DNA from: Spirochaetaceae bacterium
Lineage (GTDB): Bacteria; Spirochaetota; Spirochaetia; DSM-2461
NCBI GenBank assembly: GCA_051531975.1
Contig: JAOPTT010000013.1
Coordinates: 1 to 64,000, forward strand
Reading direction: 5' to 3'
DNA length: 64,000 nucleotides
A program made the position numbers and the translations under genes. The notes beneath the pieces were generated by a model. The model saw nothing but the letters and a program-made list of their open reading frames with translations. It was not told the DNA's origin and ran no database searches. Every line of letters starts with the position of its first letter. Within the stretch, counting starts at the first letter, position 1. Positions 51,365 to 60,803 of the stretch are shown here, one piece after another.

Positions 51365-52579
51365 ATGGGAAAAGCTATATTTTTTAGTGTACCTGCTTAT
51401 GGAGATACTAATCCTCTGCTGGCTACAATCAAAGAGCTGGTGGTACGTGGTGAACATGTAATCTACTATGGAACAAAAGAGTTTAAAGAGTTAGTTGAAG
51501 AGACAGGAGCAGAATACCGGATTTACAAAGGGAATATTAACAATATTAATTTTGTTTTAGCAGAGAATGATATGTTAGGATTTTTTAAGTCTATGTTGAA
51601 GTTTGGATTTGATAAGTTGAAATATAACCTGGAGGATGTTAAACAGGATAAACCTGACTATATCCTTCATGGAAGTATGTCGTTTTGGGGTAAATATCTA
51701 GGTAAAATCCTTGGAATTAGAACCATAAACCTTCTACATTCGGCACCTATGGGAAAAAATGATATTAAACCAAGTTTAAATATGTTGTTAACATTTGTAT
51801 TTCCCCTACTATATTACATTATAAGTAGTAAATTTAACAAAAATAGCCAGCCATATAAATTCAGAGAGGAATTCAATATCACTCCAGACTTTTTTGATTT
51901 AACAACAAACAAAGAGGATTTAAACCTTATATACTCTTCTGAAATAGTGAGCCCAGAATTAGCAAAAAGTGAGTCAGGTTATAAGTTCATTGGCCCGTCT
52001 CTTTATTTTAAAGAAGATAAAGAAGATGATTTTCCATATGAAGTCATTTCAGAATATAAAAATATTAAACCACTAATTTATATTTCACTAGGAACTATTC
52101 ATTCTAATAATCCTGAATTTTATAGACTTTGTTTTGATGCTCTAGGGGACAAAAAATTCCAGGTTATTTTATCTATAGGTAGAGAACTTAAGATATCTGA
52201 TTTTATGAATGTCCCAGATAACTTTCTAATTAGAAATTCAAATCCACAGCAGACTATTTTAAAGGACATGGATCTATTTATAACCCATGGAGGAATGAAT
52301 AGTGTAAATGAAGCCCTATGTTTTGGTACTCCAATGATTGTATTACCCCACCATATGGAACAGGCTACAAGTGCAAATAGAGTAGCGAGGCTTGGCTGTG
52401 GATTAACAATGGAAATTGATAAAATGAGATCAAAGGACTTATATGATAATGTTACTGAAATTTTAAATAACAATTCATTTAAAAAAAGCTGTATGTTCTA
52501 TTCAAAAATTATAGGAAAAGAGGAAGAAAGCTCTTATTTAAAAGCAGCAGATTTTATTATGAACCATAAAATTAATTGA
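51365..52579 (+). CDS. GT1 family glycosyltransferase, macrolide (MGT)-like
   Basis: P.YG..NP, FIGP, YISLGT, PQ..IL…FITHGGMNS..E. Confidence 0.9.
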   Translation: MGKAIFFSVPAYGDTNPLLATIKELVVRGEHVIYYGTKEFKELVEETGAEYRIYKGNINNINFVLAENDMLGFFKSMLKFGFDKLKYNLEDVKQDKPDYILHGSMSFWGKYLGKILGIRTINLLHSAPMGKNDIKPSLNMLLTFVFPLLYYIISSKFNKNSQPYKFREEFNITPDFFDLTTNKEDLNLIYSSEIVSPELAKSESGYKFIGPSLYFKEDKEDDFPYEVISEYKNIKPLIYISLGTIHSNNPEFYRLCFDALGDKKFQVILSIGRELKISDFMNVPDNFLIRNSNPQQTILKDMDLFITHGGMNSVNEALCFGTPMIVLPHHMEQATSANRVARLGCGLTMEIDKMRSKDLYDNVTEILNNNSFKKSCMFYSKIIGKEEESSYLKAADFIMNHKIN

Positions 52580-52586
52580 TAAGAGA

Positions 52587-52619
52587 CTATCCATAGGCTA
52601 TTTTTGCGCCTGTGGACAG
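52587..52619. terminator. Probable terminator hairpin between convergent genes
   Basis: TCCATAGGC…GCCTGTGGA stem at 52590-52616. Confidence 0.55.
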
Positions 52620-52626
52620 ATCCTTT

Positions 52627-53829
52627 TCAGGGAAAAACTAAAGATAATTTACTTCCATTTTTTACTTCATCTATAATCACAGAACCATTATGTACAAACA
52701 TTATTTGCCTAACCAAACTAAGACCAAGACCTGAACCATCTGTTTTAGTTGTGTAGAATGGTAAAAATGCCTTTGACATAGACTCTTTTGATAAACCTAC
52801 TCCATCATCTGAAACAACCACAAAGGTTTCATCACCTTCAAAATATGAGCTGATTTGTATAATGTTAGACTTAGCCTCTACACTGTTTTTTATTAGGTTT
52901 ATTATAACATTTTCAAATAGCATAGGATCTACATAGAGTTTTAACTGTTCATCATCAATTTTAATATTCAATTTGATGTCATACTCTTTTAGGTATGGAA
53001 CCATTAAAGTTGAGATTTTATCCAATAGCTCTTTTAAAACTATTAGTTCCTGTTTAGGAGTTGGTATTTGGGATATTGACCGATAATTTTTAACAAATTT
53101 TAATAGGTTTCTACTTCTGTTTTCGATAACCTGTAACGCCTCAATAAGGTCTGGATTGCTAGAATCATCAGTCAAAGTCAAAGCAGAATTCGCTAGGGAA
53201 GAGATTGGAGTTATAGAGTTCATTATTTCATGGTTTAAGGTCCTAATTAACTCATTCCATGAATCCATTTCCTTGTTATCTAATGCTTGTTTAATATTCT
53301 GAAACGATAATATTGTTAACCTTTTTTGATCTAATAAAAATTCACAACTATCACTATGCATTGAAGATGAAATTTCTAGTTTATCTAAGATATTTTTCCC
53401 AATACTGTTTAGATAATTCACAGACAATAAACGTCTTGCAGCCTTATTGATTAAAAAGACTTCACCATCATCATAATATACAATAATTCCAATCTTTATC
53501 TGATGAAGAATAACATCAAGTAACTCACTGTTTTTCTCTGCTAATATATTAGAGGTTTTAGATTGGGATATAAGATTATCAAAAACCATTTTAAGTTTTG
53601 AATAAAATGCACTATTTTTTACTTCAGAATGAACCTCTTCATTCTCAATTAAGGATTCTAAAAAAGATATAATTTTATCCTGGGATCGTCTGTTTTTAAA
53701 ATGAAGTTCAACTATTTGTAAAAGTAAAACAATACTTAAAACAGATGGGGTAATAATTAAATTTTTCCCAATAAACAGAACTGTGATAATTATGGAGTTT
53801 AAAATTATAAATAGGGCTCTACAGATCAT
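52627..53829 (-). CDS. Sensor histidine kinase (NtrY-like)
   Basis: L.HEIMNSITPI, NLIKN, DDGVG, PFYTTK.GSGLGL. Confidence 0.92.
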   Translation of the reverse strand: MICRALFIILNSIIITVLFIGKNLIITPSVLSIVLLLQIVELHFKNRRSQDKIISFLESLIENEEVHSEVKNSAFYSKLKMVFDNLISQSKTSNILAEKNSELLDVILHQIKIGIIVYYDDGEVFLINKAARRLLSVNYLNSIGKNILDKLEISSSMHSDSCEFLLDQKRLTILSFQNIKQALDNKEMDSWNELIRTLNHEIMNSITPISSLANSALTLTDDSSNPDLIEALQVIENRSRNLLKFVKNYRSISQIPTPKQELIVLKELLDKISTLMVPYLKEYDIKLNIKIDDEQLKLYVDPMLFENVIINLIKNSVEAKSNIIQISSYFEGDETFVVVSDDGVGLSKESMSKAFLPFYTTKTDGSGLGLSLVRQIMFVHNGSVIIDEVKNGSKLSLVFP

Positions 53830-55156
53830 ATTTCTCTTTCTTTCTATAAAGTGTGGCCCTTGTAATCCCTAGGACCTCAGCAGCTTTTGTAAGGTTCCCG
53901 CCCGTACTATTTATAGCTTCTTCTATAGCCTTTTGTTCAATAGATTCTAAATTAAGTGATGAGGTCGAAACTACAGACATTCCACTATTTGGTGGGTCCA
54001 TCTGTAAAATATTAGTTTTTGACAGAATTACAGCTCTTTCAACATAGTTATTTAGCTCTCGAACATTCCCTGGCCACTCATAATCTATAAGTTTATTAAT
54101 AGTAGATTTAGAGAAACTTAGGTCTCCTCTTCCATATTTTTTACTATAACTTTCTAAAAAGTGGTTTAGTAGAATAGGAATATCGGTTTTTCTATCCCTT
54201 AGAGTTGGTAATTTAATCTCCACAGTATTTATTCTATAAAGTAGATCCTGCCTAAATTTATGTTCTGTCACAAGTAGTTGTAAGTTACTATTGGTTGCAC
54301 AGATTAACCTTGTATTAAAGCTACGTTTTCCCTCAGAGCCTAAAGGGATAACTTCTCTGGTTTCTAATACCCTTAAAAGTTTTGATTGCATTGCCATTGG
54401 AATATTTCCAATCTCATCCAAAAACAGAGTACCACCAGAGGCTGCCTCAATTCGACCTATACGGTTTTTATCAGCTCCGGTAAATGCACCTTTCTGATGT
54501 CCAAACATCTCACTTTCAAACAGTGTTTCTGGAATAGATCCCATATCTACACCTAAAAAGATTGAGTTAGAGTTTCTAGACTTTTTATGTATAGCCTTGG
54601 CAACCAGATCTTTACCAGTCCCATTCTCTCCAGTTATTAATATATTAGCTTCCGTATCAGAAACTCTGTTGATTAAATCAAAAAGCTCTAACATAACATC
54701 TGCTTCACCTATTATTTCTGGGAAAGCACTAGATACAAGCCTATTCTGAACCTCTACAAGTCGCTTATTCCTCTTTTCTAAGTTTAAATCTGCTGCTAAA
54801 AATAGAGTAGATAACAGTTTCTGGTTTTCCCAGGGTTTTAAGATAAAATCAGTTGCTCCTAGTTTCATTCCCTGTACAGCAAGTTCTATATCTCCGTAGG
54901 CTGTAATAAGTATAACAACAGCCAATGGATCAATATCTAAAATAACCTTTAACCATTTAAATCCCTCCTCTCCATGGGTAGCACCCTCAGAGAAGTTCAT
55001 ATCCAGTAATATAACGTTATATTCATTTTTTCTTAATAACAGAGGTAGTTGTTTTGGATTACATTCAGTTGTAACATTAAAATCCTTAGAGAGTAGTATT
55101 CTAATAGCTGTCAAAATATCTTTGTTATCGTCTATTATTAAAATATTAGGTTTCAT
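53819..55156 (-). CDS. Sigma54-dependent response regulator (NtrC family)
   Basis: Receiver domain (LLDMNF), GENGTGK, GAFTGA, WPGNVREL and a Fis-type HTH. Confidence 0.95.
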   Translation of the reverse strand: MKPNILIIDDNKDILTAIRILLSKDFNVTTECNPKQLPLLLRKNEYNVILLDMNFSEGATHGEEGFKWLKVILDIDPLAVVILITAYGDIELAVQGMKLGATDFILKPWENQKLLSTLFLAADLNLEKRNKRLVEVQNRLVSSAFPEIIGEADVMLELFDLINRVSDTEANILITGENGTGKDLVAKAIHKKSRNSNSIFLGVDMGSIPETLFESEMFGHQKGAFTGADKNRIGRIEAASGGTLFLDEIGNIPMAMQSKLLRVLETREVIPLGSEGKRSFNTRLICATNSNLQLLVTEHKFRQDLLYRINTVEIKLPTLRDRKTDIPILLNHFLESYSKKYGRGDLSFSKSTINKLIDYEWPGNVRELNNYVERAVILSKTNILQMDPPNSGMSVVSTSSLNLESIEQKAIEEAINSTGGNLTKAAEVLGITRATLYRKKEKYDL

Positions 55157-55175
55157 ATCCTTATTTTAAACCATC

Positions 55176-57539
55176 CTACTCATAACGCAAAGCATTTGAA
55201 GGATTTGATGTAGCCGACTTAAATACCATTATAAAAGTGAGTATAATTCCTACTAAAATAATAACTAGCCCAGATAGAATAGATATTTGATACAAGCTAT
55301 GTATCTTGAATGGATAACCCATCTCTTTTAGACCAAAGCTAATTAAATATGCCCCAAATGGAATTCCAAAGCCAACTCCAATAATGACATACTTTACTAA
55401 ATCTCCTACAAACTGCTTAACAACAGATATTACATCAGCACCTAATACCTTTCTTATGCCTATCTCCTTATTTTTTTGTTTAACACTATGTAAAATGAGA
55501 CCAATTAGTCCTAACCCAGATATAAACACGGTTATTATCATTGTTAGATTCATAACTTTTTTTAATGTTACAACAATATCAAGGTTATTTTCTTCTTCGA
55601 TACTCATAACATGAAGATCTGTTACTTTGTCTGGATAATTTTTATTCCATACCTTCTTTATCTCTTTAAGGTTAGGTTCACCACTGAACTTTATTATCTG
55701 AAAATAAAAGTTATCTTCACTAATAATGTGAAATTTAGGGCTCTCTCCTACCAAAGCATGATTTAAAAAATAGTCTTTAATTATTGCTCCAACTGTATAA
55801 CTGTTTTCTCCAAAACCAATAATGTCTCCAACATTGATATCCCTATAGCTCTTAACACTTTCCATAACAACTACAGTTCCAATTTTTATCACTCCTTCTT
55901 TAGGAATAATACCAATTGTATTGAAATAATCAGAATCTACATTTATAGATAATTCTTGGAATAAAACTTCATTGTCATCTTTATATATATTTTCCTCAGT
56001 AGGTCCACCACTATATGGAAAAAATGTAGTATAAGTTACATCAACTATTCCAGGTATGTCTTTTATCTCATTTTTAAGGTTTTGTATTTTATCGATAGGT
56101 TCAACATCAAAGTTTAAACCAGGGAAAGCATAGATTAAGTTAGTGGAGTTAAATCCAACATCTAACTTTCCTAATAGATTCAATTCATTATTCATAACTA
56201 AGCAGCATATCAATATTACTGATGAGATAAAAAACTGACTAATTACTAAGACCTTTTTTGACTTTCCTAGTTTCAATAAACTCTTACCTTTTAGACTCTC
56301 AACAACTTTTAGGTTAGAGAGATAAAACGCTGGGTAAAGACCTGTAATGACCCCTATTATTAGCGTTAATAAACAGATATAAACAATGAATATTGGACTG
56401 AAATCTAAAGTTAAATCTATAAATACAAGCCTTGAGAATGCCGGTAGAAACAGTTCAGCTATTACTAGGGCTAAAAGTAAGGATATAAAAGTTAATATTA
56501 CTGATTCTGTTAAAAACTGAAACACTAAATCCTTTTTACTACTGCCCATAACAACTCTAACACCAACTTCTTTAGTCCTATTTATTGAACTAGCAGTTAA
56601 AATAGAGACACTATTTATTACAGAAGAGACTAAAAGTGTAAAAGCCAATATAATTAACAGTATTAAAATATACCTAGGGTTAGTAGCGTCATCGGCCAGA
56701 GCTTTTGACTTTAAATGTATATCTTCAAAGTCTTCTAGGAAAATCTCTTCAGATAAATACCTATCATCTGTAGGGACTTCTTTTATAATATTGTTTAATT
56801 CATGAATAAGAGTATCACTATCATAATCTTGCTCAACACTTATATAAACAATATCTCGATTAGGCTCATCAGCTCTAAACATATTCTCACCTAATTCTTT
56901 ATATACAAGATCTGCAATAATATTTTCGGAGATAAAAGCTGTAATAAATTCATGTTTAAAATGACTATTTTTTGGAATATCTACAACTCCAGTTATTGTC
57001 AAATTATAAACTTGACCCATTTTTATTGTTATATTTTGTCCTAAAGCATCCCCTTTAGGATAATATTTTTCTGCAAACTCTTTATCTAAAACGATATAGT
57101 TTTGTTCTGACTGCATAGATTCTCTATTACCGGAAATAACTTCAAATGGAATAACATTAAAGAAGTTATCAGATAAAGAAATGACTTCTTCATTATATAA
57201 TTCTCCGTTTATAAGTAGAGTTAAATAATTAATTCCAGAGTAAGTAGCAACATCTTTCACAAAATCGATTTTCTCTTTAAAAAGCTTAGCTGTGTAATTA
57301 TTTACTGACCTACCACCTGAATATGTAACTTCCTGGTATATATCCACTTTTCTGCTGAGAACTCTTTTTATTCCACTATTCTCTGGTAAAAAGCCATCGT
57401 AACTTAGCTGATAATCTATATAAACATATAAAATAAGTGATGAAGCGATACCTAAAGCCAGTCCTAAAATAGCGATCAAAGAGGATGTTTTCTGTTTAGA
57501 AATAGATCTTAAGGCTATGATTATATAGTTTTTAAACAC
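55176..57539 (-). CDS. ABC transporter permease, duplicated MacB/FtsX type
   Basis: Two halves with R.KEVGVR.V.G and KEIGIRKVLGA; ends NP..ALRYE. Confidence 0.92.
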   Translation of the reverse strand: MFKNYIIIALRSISKQKTSSLIAILGLALGIASSLILYVYIDYQLSYDGFLPENSGIKRVLSRKVDIYQEVTYSGGRSVNNYTAKLFKEKIDFVKDVATYSGINYLTLLINGELYNEEVISLSDNFFNVIPFEVISGNRESMQSEQNYIVLDKEFAEKYYPKGDALGQNITIKMGQVYNLTITGVVDIPKNSHFKHEFITAFISENIIADLVYKELGENMFRADEPNRDIVYISVEQDYDSDTLIHELNNIIKEVPTDDRYLSEEIFLEDFEDIHLKSKALADDATNPRYILILLIILAFTLLVSSVINSVSILTASSINRTKEVGVRVVMGSSKKDLVFQFLTESVILTFISLLLALVIAELFLPAFSRLVFIDLTLDFSPIFIVYICLLTLIIGVITGLYPAFYLSNLKVVESLKGKSLLKLGKSKKVLVISQFFISSVILICCLVMNNELNLLGKLDVGFNSTNLIYAFPGLNFDVEPIDKIQNLKNEIKDIPGIVDVTYTTFFPYSGGPTEENIYKDDNEVLFQELSINVDSDYFNTIGIIPKEGVIKIGTVVVMESVKSYRDINVGDIIGFGENSYTVGAIIKDYFLNHALVGESPKFHIISEDNFYFQIIKFSGEPNLKEIKKVWNKNYPDKVTDLHVMSIEEENNLDIVVTLKKVMNLTMIITVFISGLGLIGLILHSVKQKNKEIGIRKVLGADVISVVKQFVGDLVKYVIIGVGFGIPFGAYLISFGLKEMGYPFKIHSLYQISILSGLVIILVGIILTFIMVFKSATSNPSNALRYE

Positions 57540-58221
57540 TTATAGCCTCTTTTACAGACTCTGATATAACTTTTCCATCATATAACCTGATTTTTCTATC
57601 AGCATACTCTGCAAATTTAGGGGAGTGAGTAACCATAATAATTGTTGCACCTGCTTTATGTAGTTGGACTAAATGACTCATTACAACTTTACCCCGTTTG
57701 GAATCTAAATTACCTGTAGGTTCGTCGGCTAATATTAGTTTTGGATTTGAAATTACTGCCCTTGCAACAGCTACTCTCTGCTGCTGCCCCCCAGATAACT
57801 GCTGTGGAAAGTGTTTTTTTCTATTGCTTATACCAAACCTGTCCATAATCTTTTCAACTCTAACTCTTCTCTCTTTTTTATTTACTTTCATATATATCAG
57901 AGGAAGCTCAATATTTTCGTAGACTGTTAGTTCTTCTATTAAATTAAAGCTCTGGAATATAAACCCTATAAGCCCCTTTCTTTTTTCAACTCTAGAACCC
58001 TCTTTTAAACCTACAACTTCAGCCTCATTTAACTTATAACTTCCAAATGTTGGGCTATCTAATAATCCTATAATGTTTAATAGAGTAGATTTCCCACAAC
58101 CAGAAGGGCCCATAATAGAGACAAACTCACCTTTTTTAACTTCTAAGTTAAGGTTATTTAGTACTGTGCTCTCTATTTCATCTGTTTTAAATACTTTTGT
58201 TAATCCCTCAATTTTAATCAT
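57532..58221 (-). CDS. ABC transporter ATP-binding protein (LolD/MacB type)
   Basis: GPSGCGKST, LSGGQQQR, ADEPTGNLDS, VTH. Confidence 0.95.
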   Translation of the reverse strand: MIKIEGLTKVFKTDEIESTVLNNLNLEVKKGEFVSIMGPSGCGKSTLLNIIGLLDSPTFGSYKLNEAEVVGLKEGSRVEKRKGLIGFIFQSFNLIEELTVYENIELPLIYMKVNKKERRVRVEKIMDRFGISNRKKHFPQQLSGGQQQRVAVARAVISNPKLILADEPTGNLDSKRGKVVMSHLVQLHKAGATIIMVTHSPKFAEYADRKIRLYDGKVISESVKEAISV

Positions 58222-58245
58222 CTTCTACTCCTCTATAAATATAGG

Positions 58246-58260
58246 GCAAAACATGTGCCA
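58246..58260 (-). promoter_or_regulatory. Sigma54 -24/-12 promoter TGGCAC-atgtt-TTGC
   Basis: Exact consensus match 24 nt upstream of the ATPase start. Confidence 0.9.
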
Positions 58261-58303
58261 ACTGTCTATAAGTAGCTTAGAGGTTACCTAGGAATATTAT
58301 AGA

Positions 58304-58358
58304 TGTATAAAAACAATACAGTTGTTCTATTATAATACAGTTGTTCTATTATAATACA
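58304..58358. promoter_or_regulatory. Three TGT-N11-ACA boxes at 19-bp period (putative enhancer), including an exact 19-bp tandem duplication
   Basis: Boxes at 58304, 58323 and 58342; AATACAGTTGTTCTATTAT occurs twice at 58315-58352. Confidence 0.75.
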
Positions 58359-58366
58359 CTTGAATG

Positions 58367-59305
58367 TTATCTGTTTTTAATAAAGATAGATTGGACATCA
58401 CCTACAATTTCTAGTCCACCAGCTTTTGTAGTGCCACTAAAAATAAGGATTGATTTTTTATAAAATTTTATATCTATATTTGAGTTAACAGATTCTTTTA
58501 TTAATCTATTCATTGAGCCTTTAACTGGTGCTTTTAATATACCACTATTAACCTGTTTAGTTTTTATCTTTAACCGATAATCTCTTTTTTTAAACTCTAT
58601 TTCGAGATATTCACCTACCGATATATCTAAAACTTTACTTCCATTATATGTTGAAAAATAATGAGTTTTATCATCAACGTGTATAAACCCTAGAAACCCA
58701 GGGAAATACGAACCTAACCAAGGAATATGAGCTAAACTCATCATTATAGATATTTGCTTCTCTTTAAAGGAATTTCCTTGTAGCCATATCCACTCTTTGG
58801 GAAATCCACTGCCATAATCTTTTTCAATATATCCCTTACCATTATTATATGAGGTTACTTTATCTAATATTTTTATTTCACCATCGACCCTACTATTTAT
58901 TAAACCTACACCATGATAACACTGCATAAAAGGAATGAAAGAGAATGGACCCATTATATTAGGCCAAATCCCATTATACTTTACTTGATTACTAAATTTT
59001 ATATTACAAGTTATATTAGGTAGATTTAGTATAATATTATCTAGAGAGAACAGGTTATCTTTTATGATTATCTTCAGAGTGGAACCACTAATAAAATTAA
59101 TATCATCTAGGTCAAATTTATAATACTCAGTAAATCCACAATTATCATTTATCTGTATAAAACTATGTGGATCCTGAATTTCTTTTGATATTCCTGGAAT
59201 TACTGCAAAGACCTTATCTCCAGATTCATTGGCAACTTTAAAGTACCAACCTTCAAAGTAGTTGTTTTTTCTATTTTTACCTTGGTATAAAATTGGATTA
59301 TTCAT
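58367..59305 (-). CDS. Tocopherol cyclase family protein
   Basis: YFEGWYFK, IPG, FIQI, MGPF…MQCYHG, GYIEKD.G.GFP..W.W.Q, A.IP. Confidence 0.88.
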   Translation of the reverse strand: MNNPILYQGKNRKNNYFEGWYFKVANESGDKVFAVIPGISKEIQDPHSFIQINDNCGFTEYYKFDLDDINFISGSTLKIIIKDNLFSLDNIILNLPNITCNIKFSNQVKYNGIWPNIMGPFSFIPFMQCYHGVGLINSRVDGEIKILDKVTSYNNGKGYIEKDYGSGFPKEWIWLQGNSFKEKQISIMMSLAHIPWLGSYFPGFLGFIHVDDKTHYFSTYNGSKVLDISVGEYLEIEFKKRDYRLKIKTKQVNSGILKAPVKGSMNRLIKESVNSNIDIKFYKKSILIFSGTTKAGGLEIVGDVQSIFIKNR

Positions 59306-59355
59306 ATTACAAATTATACTATATTAAAAAAATAAAAGTAAATTAAATGGATATT

Positions 59356-60582
59356 TCACTCTTCTAAATTAACTACTTCATACTCACTAAATTTTTTATA
59401 GCTAGAAATTATTACCTGATCACCTAATTCTAAACCTGTAAGAACTTCGTTATATTCACTGTTTTTTATACCTAAAGTTATAGGTACTTTAATAGCTTTA
59501 CTGTTTTCAACTTTATAAATCCAGTTACCACCACTCTCTTTAATAAAGCCACCTGATTCTATTACTTTTTTTATTTCTGGAGTGCTCTGTATTATTTTAA
59601 TATTAAAACTCTGACCACTTTTAATATTCTCTGGAATCTTATGAACAAAGTTAAACTCTAACTTTACTTTTTTACCAGCAACAACTGGGGATATAAAATT
59701 AAGTTTTAATTTTGTATTATTAAATGTAGCTATATCCCCAATATTTAAGCCAGAAATATAAAACTCATCAATATTTGAAGTTAGTTTAAATCCATCCTGT
59801 CTATCAATTTCTGCAAGCTTTTGTCTGCTACTTATATTTTGTCCAATGTCAAAGTTTTCAAGATTTAAGATTCCAGAGTATGGAGCTATAATAACTAAAC
59901 GAGATCGCTGTATATTTAAATTATTTATTCTATTATTAATTGAGTTTATTTCTAAAGTTATATACTGCTCTGTAGATTCCTGGAGTTTAGAGACTCTCTT
60001 CCATTTCTCAGTTGTTAATACCTTTTTTTGTAACCAGTAGTTATATTCATTTTTAATATCATCTAATGTCTTTTCTGAGATTCTGCCTGACTTTAATAAT
60101 AGAGTATTTTTATCAACACTGCTTTCTAAAAGTGCTATTTTATAATCCAGCTCTAATAGAAGTTCAGAATTATCCACATCTTTAGTATCAAACTCATTTT
60201 TTGATATTTTTAATTGTTGTTTTTGCTTCTCTAATAATTCTAATAATAGATAATGTTCAATTTCCAACTCTTCGTTTGAAAGTCTTAATATTGGTTTATC
60301 TTTTATTATATTGTTACCTGAAATGCCAATTATTTCTGTAACAAGACCACCTATCTTTGATTCTATTAAAACCTTATTAAGTGATTCTACGGTTCCCACA
60401 GCCATAATAGATTTAGAGATTTTTTTCTCTGATACAAAACTTGTCATTAGTTCTGATTTTTTTATGTTGTAAGTTGGTTGATAGTTACCTATAAGGAATT
60501 TAAGAACAATAAGTAAGATTAATAAAACAGCTGCAGTGACTATGATCTTTTTATTAACTGTTTTTTTAATTATTTTATCCAC
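59356..60582 (-). CDS. Efflux periplasmic adaptor (membrane fusion protein, MacA-like)
   Basis: N-terminal TM, coiled coil, APYSG, IDEFYI, GGNWIY, EVL.GL..GD.VI. Start moved to GTG 60582, downstream of the sigma54 promoter (AGGGG RBS). Confidence 0.9.
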   Translation of the reverse strand: MDKIIKKTVNKKIIVTAAVLLILLIVLKFLIGNYQPTYNIKKSELMTSFVSEKKISKSIMAVGTVESLNKVLIESKIGGLVTEIIGISGNNIIKDKPILRLSNEELEIEHYLLLELLEKQKQQLKISKNEFDTKDVDNSELLLELDYKIALLESSVDKNTLLLKSGRISEKTLDDIKNEYNYWLQKKVLTTEKWKRVSKLQESTEQYITLEINSINNRINNLNIQRSRLVIIAPYSGILNLENFDIGQNISSRQKLAEIDRQDGFKLTSNIDEFYISGLNIGDIATFNNTKLKLNFISPVVAGKKVKLEFNFVHKIPENIKSGQSFNIKIIQSTPEIKKVIESGGFIKESGGNWIYKVENSKAIKVPITLGIKNSEYNEVLTGLELGDQVIISSYKKFSEYEVVNLEE

Positions 60583-60606
60583 ACGTTTACCCCTATGCAA
60601 ATATAG

Positions 60607-60622
60607 TGCAAAGGTCGTGCCA
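60607..60622 (-). promoter_or_regulatory. Sigma54 -24/-12 promoter TGGCAC-gacct-TTGCA
   Basis: Exact consensus match 24 nt upstream of the GTG start. Confidence 0.9.
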
Positions 60623-60665
60623 AATAGATATAATTTGGCTCTAGAGTACTTAAAACTATTATAAC

Positions 60666-60701
60666 CGTATAAAAATCATACATATGTACTGTTTTAATAC
60701 A
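60666..60701. promoter_or_regulatory. Two (c/T)GT-N11-ACA boxes at 19-bp period (putative enhancer)
   Basis: CGTATAAAAATCATACA at 60666 and TGTACTGTTTTAATACA at 60685. Confidence 0.72.
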
Positions 60702-60803
60702 GTTTGACTTCGATGGTAACCCAAAAGTTTAAATAGTATTTCTCTATTTGAATATCCTCATCAATAGCTGGATATAATCTGAGGTTAGACTATACTTATC
60801 AGT

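Noticed and set aside
58315..58358. CRISPR-like repeat
   Set aside because: Only two adjacent units, no spacers and no cas genes.
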